Positions 27,101 through 40,339 of a stretch of DNA of 64,000 bases are shown here, piece by piece. Numbering within the stretch: the stretch's first letter is position 1; every line of letters begins with the position of its first letter. The stretch spans positions 76,974,702-77,038,701 of the forward strand of contig NC_057719.1 in the NCBI RefSeq assembly GCF_004010195.1, read 5' to 3'. The DNA is from Chiloscyllium plagiosum. Its lineage: Eukaryota. The notes below the pieces were generated by a model, which worked only from the letters and a program-made list of their open reading frames with translations, had not been told where the DNA came from and searched no databases. The translations under genes were made by a program, and so were the position numbers.

Positions 27101-27529
27101 TAAATCACATTGCGGTGGTACTGGAATTAAAAATATCAAGTGGTTACTGTCTAGTGGCTTCCATTTATGGGTGTATAGCAGGACAATGTTTATTTCTTTG
27201 TCTCTCAAGTAATGAAAACAAAATACCATATGATACGACAGGAAATGTCAGCAATTGGTTTACACATTGTTGAAGTCAGCATCTTTAGGGTGGCCACAAG
27301 ATAGTTATTAGAATATTCTGTTTTCAGCATTCTTTCTTTTGTGGTTGATTTATTTGCTGTTCAGATTTTTGGATGAACATGTCAAAGGTCTTAAGTCACT
27401 ACTTAGAAGAAGAGCTGGGAGATACAGCTGCTGTCCTGGCTAATACTCATTCCTCTATCGGCAACGCAAAAACAGATTATCTGATCATTATTCTTATTCT
27501 TAACCTCAATTGTGAGGAACTGCCTTACC

Positions 27530-27880
27530 AGTCTGGTGTTATGTGTCCTGCGGTGGCTTTGTACACCCATTCCACTTGACCTCTATCTGGACCTGTTGGA
27601 GACTGTCCAAATGGTTAGAAATGTCATAGAGGTGGCTTCTTTTTGGGTGGTCTTGGATAGAGATTCCTGAGAGTCAGTGGGGATAGTCAATTTTTCAGGG
27701 AGATTTTAAAGATGTACTTGAAGTGTTTCCTCTGCCCTCCTGGTAATCATTTGCCATGAAGCGAGGAAAAGAGAGCTTATTTTAGAAGTAGTGTGTCAGG
27801 CATGCAAATAATGTGACCTGCCTAATGCAGCTGATTGACTGTATTCTGGGCCACAATATTGGGGACGTTGATAATGAAGT
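27530..27880 (-). mobile_element. RTE-type LINE fragment
   Basis: Minus strand reads QLH*AGHIICMPD...PGGQRKHFKYIFKISL, an RTE C-terminal motif. Confidence 0.6.
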
Positions 27881-27894
27881 GCCTATCTGCCATC

Positions 27895-28592
27895 GGATTG
27901 CATTTTGACTTCAGGAAGCAAGGTGAAGGGCACTGCCCCTGTCTGCATCAGTGGTCTTGAGGTGGAGATGGTTGAAAGCGTCAGGTTCTAGGAGTGATGA
28001 TCACCAATGATATCTCATGTTCATGCTACGATCAAGAATACACAGTGACACCTCTATTTATTCAGGAGGCTAAGGAAATTCAGTATGTCCATAAAAACAC
28101 TAATTTATAAAGAGACACTGTAGAAAGCATTCTATCCGGATGCATCACGACTTGGTATGGCAACTGCTCTGCCTAGGACTCTAAGAAACTATAGTGAGTT
28201 GTGAACACTGCCCAGTCTATCTAGCAAGACGGCCTTCCATCCATTTGACTCCACCTGCACTTCTTGCTGCCTCAGGAAGGCAGTCAACATAATCACAGAC
28301 CTCTCCCACCCTGGATATAATCTATTCCAACCTCTTTTTTTGTCAAGCAGAAAATACAAAATCTTATACACGTGTACCAACAGATTCAAGAACAGCTATA
28401 ATTGGACTTCAGAATGGACCTTTCAAATTTTAAATTTGATCTTGCTCTTTGTGCGCCTTCTCTGCAGCTGTAACACTTCACTCTGTTCTGTTACCCAAAA
28501 GCACTTGGTGTGGTTGATCTACCTGTACTGTACGCAAAACTAAACTTTTCAGTGTACCTAGATACGTGTGACAATAATAAATCAAATCCAAT
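27895..28592 (+). mobile_element. Rex1/Babar-type LINE 3' fragment
   Basis: DFRK, VEMVES and VESILSGCITTWYGNCS motifs; TNRFKNS; aataaatcaaat tail. Confidence 0.75.
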
Positions 28593-28733
28593 TCCTAACC
28601 CTCTAAGCCTGCCACACTTTTTCTTTCCAAGTTAATGTTCAAGTTGATGAAATCCCTTACTTTGTTTTGTTGCAATAATTGGTTTTATTAGTTGATTAGG
28701 TTAAATAGAACATGAGATTTTGCTTTTGCTACT

Positions 28734-28963
28734 GAGCTGGAAGTTTTTGTTGCAAACGTTTCGTCCCCTGGCTAGGCGACATCATCAGTGCTTGGGAGCC
28801 TCCTGCGAAGCGCTTCTTTGATGTTTCCTCCGGTGTTTATAATGGTCTGTCCCTGCCGCTTCCGGTTGTCAGTTTCAGCTGTCCGCTGTAGTGGCCGGTA
28901 TATTGGGTCCAGGTCGATGTGTTTGTTGATGGAGTTTGTGGATGAATGCCATGCCTCTAGGAA
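28734..28963 (-). mobile_element. Inverted copy of the Penelope 3' end
   Basis: Reverse complement of 30707-30936. ORF 28772..29125 contains FLEAWHSSTNSINKHIDLDPIYRPL. Confidence 0.9.
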
Positions 28964-29700
28964 CTGGAGATTTATCCACCTTTGTTTTCTCAGACCTCCA
29001 GCACTTCCTCTTCTAATGTGAACCGTTTTCAAAATGTTAATATTTATTTCCCCACGTACTCTAGCCTGCATTTCTTTTTCCATAGTAAAAAACTGATGTG
29101 AAATAACATTTAATATCTCTCCCACCTCCTGAGGTTCAACACATGGAGAACCTTGATATTGAAGGGGCCCTATTCATTGGCTAGTTGCTCTTGATATACT
29201 TGAAGAATCTCTTTGGATTATCCTTATCTGCCAAGGCTATCACATATCCCCTTTTTGCTTTTCTGATTTCTTTCGAGAATGCTCTTACACCCTTATGCTC
29301 TTCAAGAGACTCATTTGATCCCAGTTGTTTATATTTACTATGATTCCTTATTCGTGACCATAATATCTGTATTAATCTTGATCTATCTTTGTTCATCTAC
29401 TGTTCCCTACTCATAACAGCTTTATCCTTCACTCTAATAGGAACATAATGCCTCTGAACTCTGGTTATCACACTTTTGAAAGCCTCCCACTTGTCTGTCA
29501 TCTTTTTACCTGTGAACAGTCTACTTTAGTCAACTTTTGAAAATTTCTGTCTCATAACCATCAAAATTTGCTTTACTCCAACGAAGAACCTTATAAAAGG
29601 CCTATTCTTTTCCATAACTATTTTAAAATATTATGATCTCTCGTCCTTAAGTATTCCCCTATTAACACTTCATTCACTTGTTTTGCTCCTTCTCTTGGAG
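28964..29700 (-). mobile_element. Decayed CR1 ORF2 fragment (part of the cargo)
   Basis: ORF 29181..29396 KEIRKAKRGY...NPKRFFKYIKS and MGEILN...FFT are CR1 ORF2 linker motifs. Confidence 0.75.
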
Positions 29701-29856
29701 GTACACTTCAGTAATATCAGATGGATATGCATATTATGTAACCAATGTGGTCATGACCAAATAGAAAATCATGTTCAGCAAAAACAGTATGGTAGATAAC
29801 GTTAATTTTGTCATAATAATGTCTGGAACAAAATTTGAAAGCTGATTTTTTTGTAG

Positions 29857-29999
29857 GTAATACTGCAAAGCTGGCTGAAATGTATCCAAAAATATCCAAG
29901 GCCAAGAATGCTGAACTGCGTTTTCGCTGGGTGCAGATTGTTATAAAAAATAACTATGAGGATGCATTTGATGAACTCCAGAATTTCCTCCATAGTCAG
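29857..29999 (+). pseudogene. rnpep: Isolated, intact exon of aminopeptidase B (RNPEP-like, C-terminal domain), displaced into the pcnx1 intron
   Basis: gattttttTGTAG acceptor and CAG|GTATGT donor; 143 nt. Reads (G)NTAKLAEMYPKISKAKNAELRFRWVQIVIKNNYEDAFDELQNFLHSQ with no stop; compare RNPEP GNVKKLGDTYPSISNARNAELRLRWGQIVLKNDHQEDFWKVKEFLHNQ as recalled. No other RNPEP exon was seen in the window. Confidence 0.88.
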
Positions 30000-30363
30000 G
30001 TATGTGAATGAATACGTTCATTGAATGAATAGGTCATAATCCCTTTACATACTGTTCAACAAAAATACTTGACTACGTTTGTGAAAGATCTAATTAATTA
30101 TAAAAACACATGCTGTTGGATACATTCATTTTAAAAATTTAGTAATTTTAAAGTGCATTGAAAATTTTATCAGATAAATAAGAGCAAGTGGAAGAATGGG
30201 ATCAGGCAAAGAGGTGGATTGAGAGTATGTTTTGGGAAACATGGGGAAACATTGAGGGGGCAGAGCACCTTTCTTGAGAGGAGAAAGACTGGGATCACCG
30301 AGAAAGATGGTTTGTCTGAAGAAAATAAGGTTCAAGTGGTTGAGGAAAATAATGCAACTAAAG

Positions 30364-30988
30364 GAGCATCTCGGAACTGACAGCCAGACTACTGCGACCA
30401 CTAGGACACCTAACGGCACACAAACCAACAGCCACGCTCAGACAACAACTCACCAGAACGAAGGACCCGATACCCAACATGAGCAAAACTAATGTAGTGT
30501 ACAAAGTACTATGCAAGGACTGCACAAAACACTATATAGGACAAATGGGAAGACAGCCAACGATCCGCATCCACGAACATTAACTAGCCACGAAACGACA
30601 CGATCAGCTATCCTTAGTAGCCACACACGCAGACAACAAGCAACATGAATTCGACTGGGACAACACTACTATCATAGGGCAAGCCAGACAGAGAACAGCC
30701 AGGGAATTCCTAGAGGCATGGCATTCATCCACAAACTCCATCAACAAACACATCGACCTGGACCCAATATACCGGCCACTACAGCGGACAGCTGAAACTG
30801 ACAACCAGAAGCGTCAGGGACAGACCACTATAAACACCAGAGGAAACCTCAAAGAAGCGCTTTGCAGGAGGCTCCCAAGCACTGATGATGTCGCCTCGCC
30901 AGGGGATGAAACGTTTGCAACAAAAACTTCCTGCTCGGCGAACAGAACCACAACAACGAGCACCCGAGCTACAAATCTTCGCACAAAC
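30364..30988 (+). mobile_element. Penelope-like element, 5'-truncated: GIY-YIG endonuclease region and 3' end
   Basis: Translates SELTARLLRPLG...NVVYKVLCKDCTKHYIGQ...REFLEAWHS (GIY-YIG with CxxC, one stop), followed by a CTGATGA...GAAAC hammerhead core. Confidence 0.88.
30879..30918 (+). ncRNA. Minimal hammerhead ribozyme motif (mirror copy at 28752-28791, minus strand)
   Basis: GCA-CTGATGA-tgtcgcct-cgcc-aggggat-GAAAC-GTT-TGC. Confidence 0.6.
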
Positions 30989-31939
30989 TTTGCTACTGAA
31001 TTTTTACAAGTGTGCCTTATTGCTCATTTGGCCTAAATATCTTTAGGAATGGATTTAGTTCTGTAAAATAATGTCAGATTTGCTTCAGTAACAAAACCTT
31101 TCCTTATTACTTTTATACTTTTGAGATTTGCCATATATCTATCCTTCTATTGGTGCAGTGAGTGATATTGCCACATATGTCTTTTTATCTCTGCAGTGAG
31201 GGATACTATTATACACTCTCAGAAATGTAAATGTCCCCATTTTGTTTAACATTCTACCAATGTGGACTCACTTGAGGAGCCTTTGCTATATTATTCCTCC
31301 TTATTGCAGTAGTTGACTCATGGATTAGTATTGCATCACAGCCTCCTCTTTTGCGCCACTGCCCCTTTCTAATTTTGCCTGAAGATTCTGAGCCAAAGAA
31401 TATTAAAATGCCAATCCTAATGGTAGGTTTTGTGGACATTGAGATTCCGAGTCATTGAACATCATTATATAGCTGTTTGTGTAAGTTTGTTATTTACAAG
31501 TTGACTGCCTATCTTGCGAGAATGACGTCCCTTTTAATTATTTAATTGGCTACAAAATGTTTTGAGCGATCTGGTGGCCAGGTAAAGTGGTGTGTGTATT
31601 TGAACTTTTAAAATTTCTTTTATCCAAAAATTACATTTTCTATTAATAGTAAATAGATGTGGTCAGCCATTAGCTATTTTGGATTTGTAAGTTGCCCGTT
31701 CACTTTTGCTAATCTCTGAAGAGGCGTGAAGGTATTTGCTTGGATTCTTTGCTGGTAGGAAGGAGAAATATGTAATCACTTTTTTATTAATAGTTACATT
31801 GTAAGTTATGTTGATGTCTAAAGCTTCCCTCCATTATTTAAGTGAGATTGTGCAGAACAGAAATAAAATTGAAGTAGGAAAATAATTCAAGTAAAGTTGA
31901 TTTGATTTTTATATTTCCATCTTATAAAACATTGCTTGA

Positions 31940-32188
<249 letters not shown>

Positions 32189-32524
32189 TGAGTGATTGGT
32201 TAAATGAATGAACTAATGTAGTCAATTATGTAGTATATCAAAGATGCAATTGGTTTTCAAAAATATTAACTGAGTTGCCTAATTACTTTAAACCATTACT
32301 AATAGTTTCCTAGGCAGTGATTACCTGGTTACCAGGAATAAAATATGACTAAGAGATTATTTTAAGGGATTTATTGCAAATTACATAACTCTGTTATCAA
32401 GAGTCTATTTTCCTTGGCTGTCTAAATTGTCTGGTAATCAAGTTTAAGAGCCATGATTTGTTGCAGTTTTCCATTGAGTTTTGAATATAATTGGTTGAAG
32501 CAATTCCTTTTCAACATGTATGCA

Positions 32525-32835
32525 TTAGATTAGATTAGATTCCCTACAGTGTGGAAACAGGCCCTTGGGTCCAACAAGTCCACACCAACCCTCCAAAGAG
32601 CAACCCACCCAGACCCATTCCCCTATATTTACCCCTGCACCTAACACTACAGGCAGTTTAGCACGGCCAGTTCACCGAGCCTGCACATCTTTGGTTTGTG
32701 GGAGGAAACTGGAGCACCTGGCGGAAACCCACGCAGACATGGGGAGAATGTGCAAACTGCACACAAACAGTTGCCCGGCGGGGGTCACTGGCGCTGTGAG
32801 GCAGCAGTGCCTACCACTGAGCCACCGTGCCGCCC
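32525..32835 (-). mobile_element. HE1-type SINE
   Basis: Reverse complement of the 5231 family with (TTAGA)n at the left end. Confidence 0.88.
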
Positions 32836-33304
32836 CTCATACTTAAAGCTGATTCTGAGATTCAAAATTTCCCATTAGTATTCATATTTTGAATTCCAAG
32901 ATTGGATTATTGCAACAAATTTTCTCACTTTTAATACATTGTTAAACCTATTTCATGGAAATAAGGGAATATTTTAAAAAAACTTTAAAGCAGTTTTTAT
33001 ATAACCATTTGAAGATATTCTGTGTGATGCAAGGTGTTCCGTGATGTTGGGCTAGCAGTTGAAGACTTCACATTGTTTTGGGAAGGTTATTGTTTGATAA
33101 ATTTTAGTGTCCTCCATAATTGTGTATTAGAATAACTGGCAGAATGATGCAGTTCTTCTCAGTTCTGTGCAGTAGCAAGGTTATGTTATTGAAAGCTGAT
33201 CATGATCACATTTTGGCTGAGTAGACTTAGAATGATAAGCAACAAGAATTAGCTCGACCTGTTTCATGGGGTTGTGCTCCTGTGGTAATGTGCACCTGTA
33301 ATTG

Positions 33305-33715
33305 CTGAAAGAAAGAACTTGCATTTATATACTTGTCCTTTGGATGTTATAGAACACTCAACAGTGAATTAAATACTTTTGAAATGCTGTCTCTATAGTT
33401 GTTTAGACAAACTCTTCAGCCAACTTGCATGTAACTCTATTGATAGTAGTGAGGCAAATGACCAATAAATATTTTTCTAGTGGTGTTTGTTGAGAGATGA
33501 GAGTTGGCCAGGAGATGAACTCTCTTCCACTTCAAATAGCGCCATGGGAATCTTGTAGTTCACGTCAGCTGCCAGATGGGTCCTGAGTTTAATGATCATC
33601 CAAAAAACAAGTAACCGACAATAATCTTTCATTTAATATTGTATTGACGTGTCAGCTTAGAGGTGACCTTGAACTCATAGCATTTTCACATCTGTGTTAT
33701 CACCAAGCCAGACTG
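33305..33715 (-). mobile_element. Old Deu-domain SINE (SacSINE1/AmnSINE-like); further copies near 27360-27500, 34365-34750, 52380-52600
   Basis: Minus-strand Deu-like core gttc...cctggccaa...ctcaacaaacaccact and tail tataaatgcaagttctttc. Confidence 0.55.
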
Positions 33716-34849
33716 ATTGACAGTCTTAATTTGAAATATGGAAGTGGGTTTTGCAAGAAAGTTTGAAATCCCTAAATTTTAGTGGAAATTGTGTCAATGT
33801 ATGCCACAAAATGCTGCAATCATTAAATCTACAACATTTGCTGTGAGTTTGCTATTAAAAACTTTGTAAATGTTAGAGGATACTCTTTGAGAAGAAATTT
33901 CTTTCTTAAATATAATACGCAACCTATGAACTGCACTTTAACAATGCCTTGAGCATTTGCCAACTATAAGACAACTTGCCATTTCAGAAGCTGTTCAATC
34001 CAGATGAATATTTTCCCTGTAAAGAAAAAAAACAAAATAAACGTCTCCAATGGTAGGTCAAGGAGTAAGCATACTGAGAAAGGTGATGATAAATGATTCA
34101 CAAAGGCTGCTTTCCAAAGTGGTCCTGAAGGCATCTCCAATATAATGTGTAATGTATTAATGTTGGTGATACTAATAGCAACTGTTCAAAACTTGGTTAA
34201 AAAATCTCTTCAATCTGATTGCATAAGAAATCTATCAGTCTTAAGAAATCGTCAGTCTAATACAGAAATTCAGTTCCAATGCAAGCTGCAATGACACAAA
34301 TCAAACTCTGCTATTAAAAGTTAGTGCAATATTTTCCTTGTTATTGTAATATCTTGCCTCGTGTAAGAAAGAAAATGTATGATATTTGTATAGAGCTTTT
34401 TTTATGATCTCCAAATATTCTAAGTCTCCGTTATAGTAATCTTGACATGTAGTCACTGTTGTAATGTAGGGAATTTAACACATAGTTTGCAAACAATGAG
34501 CTGTCGCAAACAGCAATGAGGTTAATGACCAAATGATTTGCTTTAGTAATGCTTGTTAGGGATAACATTTGGGCGGAACACTAGAAGATCTTTGCTGTCC
34601 TGCGCATCATGATGTCTGATAGCTTTATTTGAAGGAACTTGATGTCTCCCTTGAAAGGTGGCAATTCAAGCATTACAGTACCCATTCAGAACTATATTGA
34701 TTTGCTGGCCTAGGCCAAATCTCTGGGGTGAGACTGGAACTCATAATTTTGTAGCTGTCAATTTTATATTTTGGATAATACTCCAAGTATACCCCAAGCA
34801 CCTTCCGAGTTTTCAGTTTGGCAACTATGTAGCAAAGGCAGAATAGTAT

Positions 34850-37480
34850 TAATCCAGGATTTTAATCTTAACGTAGAAGGGAGAGCCGGGTATCTGCCAG
34901 AAATGTGAATTTCTAGACTCTGGGATAGTTTCCTACAGCAGAGTGTCTTGAATGTGACAAGGGGGCCAGCAACGTTGGGTCTCATAATGAGCAGTGAGCC
35001 TGGTTTCATTAGTGACCAAGTTATATGTGAGCATTTGTCAAATAGTGATCATAACATGATCATGTTTCATGTAGTATTTGTAAGATATAGGCAAAGATTG
35101 GATACAATAGGTTTGGACTTAAGTAAGGCAGGCTTGAATGGTATGAGGCAAACATTGTCCATAGTAAATTAGGAAGCTCTGCTAATATGTAAATCAACTG
35201 AGGAACCGAGAAAGGTATTCAGAGAAACATTTAATGCTATCTACATGCAGTTTGTACCCACTTGGTAGGAAACGCTCTACCTCACAAAACAAAACAGCAA
35301 TGAACATCTAAAGAGGTAAGGGACAGCATAAAATTACAAGAAAGGGCTTATTAAAAAAGGCTTAAAAAGAACTGTACAGATCCCACAGGATGGGACAAAT
35401 ACCAAGATTGACAAAGGACACAAAGCAGCTCAAACGTATTATGTAAGGAAACTTTCAAGGGATATAAAAATAACAAGAGATTTTATAGTTATATAATGGG
35501 AAAGTGGCTGCTTAAGAATATATTGGTTCACTGAAAGCTGAGAATGTGGATATTGTCAATGACCATGGGGAAATGGCAGAGATGCTGAACAATTATTTTG
35601 TTCCTGTATTTGCAACAGGTGTCCTGTTATATCTTTAAGAATAACTTGTAACACCTTCCCCTATGACAGATGTTAAGCTAACTGGCCTGTAGTTTTTTTT
35701 TGCCTTTTGTCTTCCTTTTTCAATAAAACAGTCACATTAGCTACTTTCCAAACTTTCTGAATCTAATGAGTTATGGTAACTTAAATCCAATGCATTAACC
35801 CTCTCACTAGCCACTTTTAAGACCCTAAGATTAAATCCATTAGTTCCAACAGTTTACTCAGTACTACTTGCTTGGCAATTCTAATTCTCTTGAGTTCTTT
35901 CCCCTCTTTCAATTCCTGATTTATAGCTATTTACAGGATCTTACTTGTATTCTGTCTAGTGAAGACTAATGCAAAATAACTGTTCAATTCATCTGCCAGC
36001 TCTTTTTCCTCCACTACAAATTCTTCAGATTGGTTTCCTACAGGACTGACATTTACAATACTTTGTTAACTTGTTTTCTTTTTTAAATATCTGAAGAAAC
36101 TTTTCTTAATAGTCTTTATATTTTTGGTTAACTCTCATTTTAATTTTTCTCTCCCCATTAATCTTTGACAAATTCTGCTTTTTTTAAAGTTTTGTCCAAT
36201 CTTCTGATTTGTCACATAACTTCGCATGGCTATATGTATTTCCTTTGAATTTGATCCTGTCTTTGACTTTTTAAAATTAACCATGCAAGGCAGGTCCTTT
36301 CTTTAAATGTTTTCTTCTTGGTTGGAATATATATGTGCTGTATTTTCTGGAATATCCCCTCAAATATTTGTTGATGTAAGTTTATTGACCTATACCTTAA
36401 CCTAAATGGACAGTTCACTTTTGCTAGTGCTGCTTTCATGCCCTCAATTGTCCTTCTTTAAATTCGAAATAATAGTGTGAGGCCCACACATCTCTTTCTT
36501 TAAACTGTACGTAACAACATGTTAAGGTTGCTGCTACCAAGGGATGCATTCACTATGAGGTCAGTATTTAATCCTATCTCAGTGGTTGAAGCCAAGTCTA
36601 ATATAGCGTGCTGTCTGGTTGGTGTCTTGTCGTATGCTGATCTTAGAAATTGTCCTGAAAAATATTCAATGACTACTTAATCTAATCTCCTTATTCCTAC
36701 CTGATTCTTTTCAACTGTATGTAGGTTAAAATGCCCCATGATAATCACTGTACCATTTTGACAAGCTTTTCATTATTTCTTCTTTGATACCCTGTCCTAC
36801 AATGTGGTTGCTGCTAGGGGACCTGTACACAACTTCTACAAGTGACCTCTTGCCTCAACTCTACTTCATGTGCTTAATTGAAGCTCAATTTCTTTTCCCT
36901 GGAGCGTCGGAAGCTGAGAAGTGACCTTATAGAGGTTTATACAATCATGAGGGGCATGGATAGGATAAATAGGGAAAGTCCCCTGGGGTCGGGGAGTCCA
37001 GAACTAGAGGGCATAGGTTTAGGGTGAGAGGGGAAAGATATAAAAGGGACCTAGGGGACAACGTTTTCACACAGAGAGTGGTACGTGTATGGAATGAGCT
37101 GCCAGAGGAAGTGGTGGAGGCTGTTACGATTGCAACATTTAAAAGGCATTTGGATGGGTATTTGAATAGGGAGGGTATGGAGGGATATGGGCTGGGCGCT
37201 GGCAGGTGGCACTAGATTGGGTTGGGATATCTGGTCGGCATGGACGGGTTGGACCGAAGGGTCTGTTTCCATGGTGTACATCTCTATGACTCTATGAACT
37301 GCTTCTGTACTGTGGTTTCCTAAGTTTAGATCATCCCTCTTTGTTATGCTAGTAACATCTTCAATTGTCAGAGCCAATCCTCTTCCTCTTCCTCTTCCTG
37401 GTTTTCTGTTCTTCCTAAATGTCACATACTGTTCAATACTCCGATCTGAATCTAGGTCGTCCTGGAGCCATGTCTCAGTA
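34850..37480. mobile_element. CR1 cluster: plus fragment 34850-35615, minus fragment 35618-37480, younger plus 3' fragment inserted at ~36886-37297
   Basis: SNSDHNMI endonuclease motif; minus-strand CR1 motifs; FTQRVVRVWNELP and (CTCTATGA)n tail. Confidence 0.8.
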
Positions 37481-37712
37481 ACTTAACTGAAAGTTTCTAT
37501 TTAGGTCAGAATGATCCTAAGTCTAACAGTGTCTATTGCCTGCCTTAATCAAAGGTTTGACAATCTACTGAATATACAGGCTAATCTGACCACAAGCATT
37601 TCTCTTTTTAGTGTTTAGAATTCTGGCAGCTGAAAATAGAATAAATAGGATTGTCAGGCTTTGGCCTTCTCTAAGGAGTGTTCAACACTGGACACTTCTG
37701 ATATTTCACTTG

Positions 37713-38266
37713 CATGTTATAAAAATTGTATTGACGATAAACAAAGTACTTTACTTTTTGACTACATAATTAGATTACTTAGTGTGGAAACAGGCCCTTC
37801 GGCCCAACAAGTCCACACCGACCCGCCGAAGCACAACCCACCAAGACCCATTCCCCTACACTTACCCCTTCACCTGACACTAAGGGCAATTTAGCATGGG
37901 CAATTCACCTGACCTGCACATTTTGTTTTGGACTGTGGGAGGAAACCGGAGCGCCCGGAGGAAACCCACGCAGACACGGGGGAGAAAATCATGTTATAAA
38001 AATTGTATTGACGATAAACAAAGTACTTTACTTTTTGACTACATAATTAGATTACTTACAGTGTGGAAACAGGCCCTTCGGCCCAACAAGTCCACACCGA
38101 CCCGCCGAAGCACAACCCACCAAGACCCATTCCCCTACACTTACCCCTTCACCTGACACTAAGGGCAATTTAGCATGGGCAATTCACCTGACCTGCACAT
38201 TTTGTTTTGGACTGTGGGAGGAAACCGGAGCGTCCGGAGGAAACCCACGCAGACACGGGGGAGAAT
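37713..38266. repeat. 277-bp tandem duplication (flank plus 3' part of an HE1 SINE); complete SINE at 38047-38363, minus strand
   Basis: catgttataaaaattgtattgacgataaac starts at both 37713 and 37990. Confidence 0.92.
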
Positions 38267-40339
38267 ATGCAAACTCCACACAGACAGTTGCCTGAGGTGG
38301 GAATTGAACCTGGGTCTCTGGCGCTGTGAGGCAGCAGTGCTAACCAGTGTGCCAGCGTGCTGCCTTTAATAGCTCTAGTTAACACACATTTGTGCTGACA
38401 CTTAGTAACACCTAGGAATCCAAACCTGTTGCAACAGAGCCAGTTGCCAATGTAAATTGTAATCGGTTTCCAGTTGGCCTGTGACAATGAGCCCCCAGTT
38501 GGGCTGTTTCAACTGGCACGTGCTTCATTCCAATGCTAGGATCACTTAAGCAGTTTTTGGGAGAGGGATAAATCAAGTTAGATTTTCATGTTGATGACCT
38601 TTCATCAGAATTGTTCTTAAGTCTGTTGCCCACAATGTTCTTGGTGATCGAGGTCACAGGTTTGAATTGTTGGATGAATTGCTACAGCACGTTTTTGCAG
38701 GTGTTACACATTGCCAGGTTTGCATGGAGTGAATGCTGAATGTGATATATGCTCATCAAGGGGCCAGTTTTGTCCTGCGTTGTGTTGAGCTTCTTGTGTG
38801 ATTGGAGCTACACCCATCCATACCCATGGTGACCATGCCATCACACTCATGAATGGCCTGTCTCTTATCAATGCTGTACATGTTTTGGGTAGTTGGGAAG
38901 TGAATCACCAGTAGTGTGATGCGTTCATATAACCATAATATTTGTATGACGAGTCAAGCTTAGTTTCCTTTCAATGGCAACCAGAATGTTGGGTGTTGTG
39001 AATTCAGCGAAGACATTACCATTGAATGTCAAAGGAGATGGTTGGGTTCTCTGTTGTTTGAGGTGAGCAGTTCTTGGCACTTTTGTGGTATAGATATTAT
39101 GTGTCATTGAATGTTGTCCAGGCTTTACCTCAATGGACTTGACTATGTCAGAATCTGAGGAGTCCTGAATAGTATTGAGCATTGTAGTGAAAATTTCTGA
39201 CATTGAGGGTGGTAAGGTAATTGATGAAATGGCTAAAGGTGGGTGGGCATATGGCACTAGCCTAAGGAACCCCTGTAGTAATATCTTAGAAGTGAAATTA
39301 TTGGCCTTCAACAACCACAGTAACTTCTTTCTCATTAACTTCATTTTTGCCAAAATTCCTTTAATACTTAAATGGGTAAAATTCAGTCATGTCAATGGCA
39401 CTTAGTCTCTCTGATGTTCAATTCTTTTGTCCTTTCTTAGGCCAATGTCAAAAGCTGAGCATCTGTCACGCAACAACCCAAACTGAAGTTCAATGGACAG
39501 GTCAATGATTTGTTTTTGCTCCTTGTTAATGACTAGGATGAAGGGGCCAGTTTGAATTTATCCTCTTTTTGTGGGTGGAAGACACCTGGGCGTTTTTCCA
39601 CTTTGTATAGTAGATGCAAGCACTGTATTGAAACAGCTTTGATAGGGCTATGGTAAGGCAAGTTCTGGAGCTGAACTCTACAGTACTACTGTCATATGTT
39701 GTTAGGGCCCATAGCCTTTGCAGGATCCATTGTCTTTAGCTGTTTGTTGCTATCACTTGATGTGAATTGAATCGGCTGAAATCTGGTATCTGTGGGGTCT
39801 TTGGTGTGCCCAAAATACAATTATCCACTTTGCATTCTGGCTGAAGAAACTTGCAAATACTTTAACCTTTTTTTTGCTCTGACGTGGTGGGCTCTTCCAT
39901 CATTTGAGGAGTTGGGTATTTCTTCTGGTTGTTTAATTGTCTAGCACAATTCATGATTGAATATGGAGGGACTCGAGAATTTGATCTGATTAGATACAGT
40001 CTACCTCTGTCTTTGCTGATAAATATATCATTTTAAATGCTTGTTTTCACCCATCCCCTTCTGCAAGCATGGACCAATCATCTGTCAATCAGAGCACCAT
40101 ATACCAACCACCATTGTGGGTGGGGGAACCACAATTGTTATGTCTCTAGCTTGAGTGTAGTGCCCATCAGTTTCATTTGTGCTTTGCTGAGGCCTATCTT
40201 GTTTGTCTTATTGGCTCCTTAGAGGACTCTAGTTTAAGTTTGACATTGATAGCCTGCTACCACAGTGTGTGCTTCCATGAAAGAATATAAAGAATCAGTG
40301 GTGCTGTTGTTAATTTAACACTACTCGCTATGGCTAGGT

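Larger units (their letters stand above)
28736..30988 (+). mobile_element. Composite Penelope-like insertion with inverted ends carrying host genomic cargo
   Basis: Direct repeat TTTGCTACTGA at 28725-28735 and 30989-30999. Inverted arms 28734-28963 and 30707-30936 (about 9 mismatches in 230 bp by eye). Confidence 0.85.

Noticed and set aside
29857..29999. RNPEP-like exon as part of a nested intact gene or a processed pseudogene
   Set aside because: No other RNPEP exons were found, and intron-like flanks with splice sites are retained, so it is neither.
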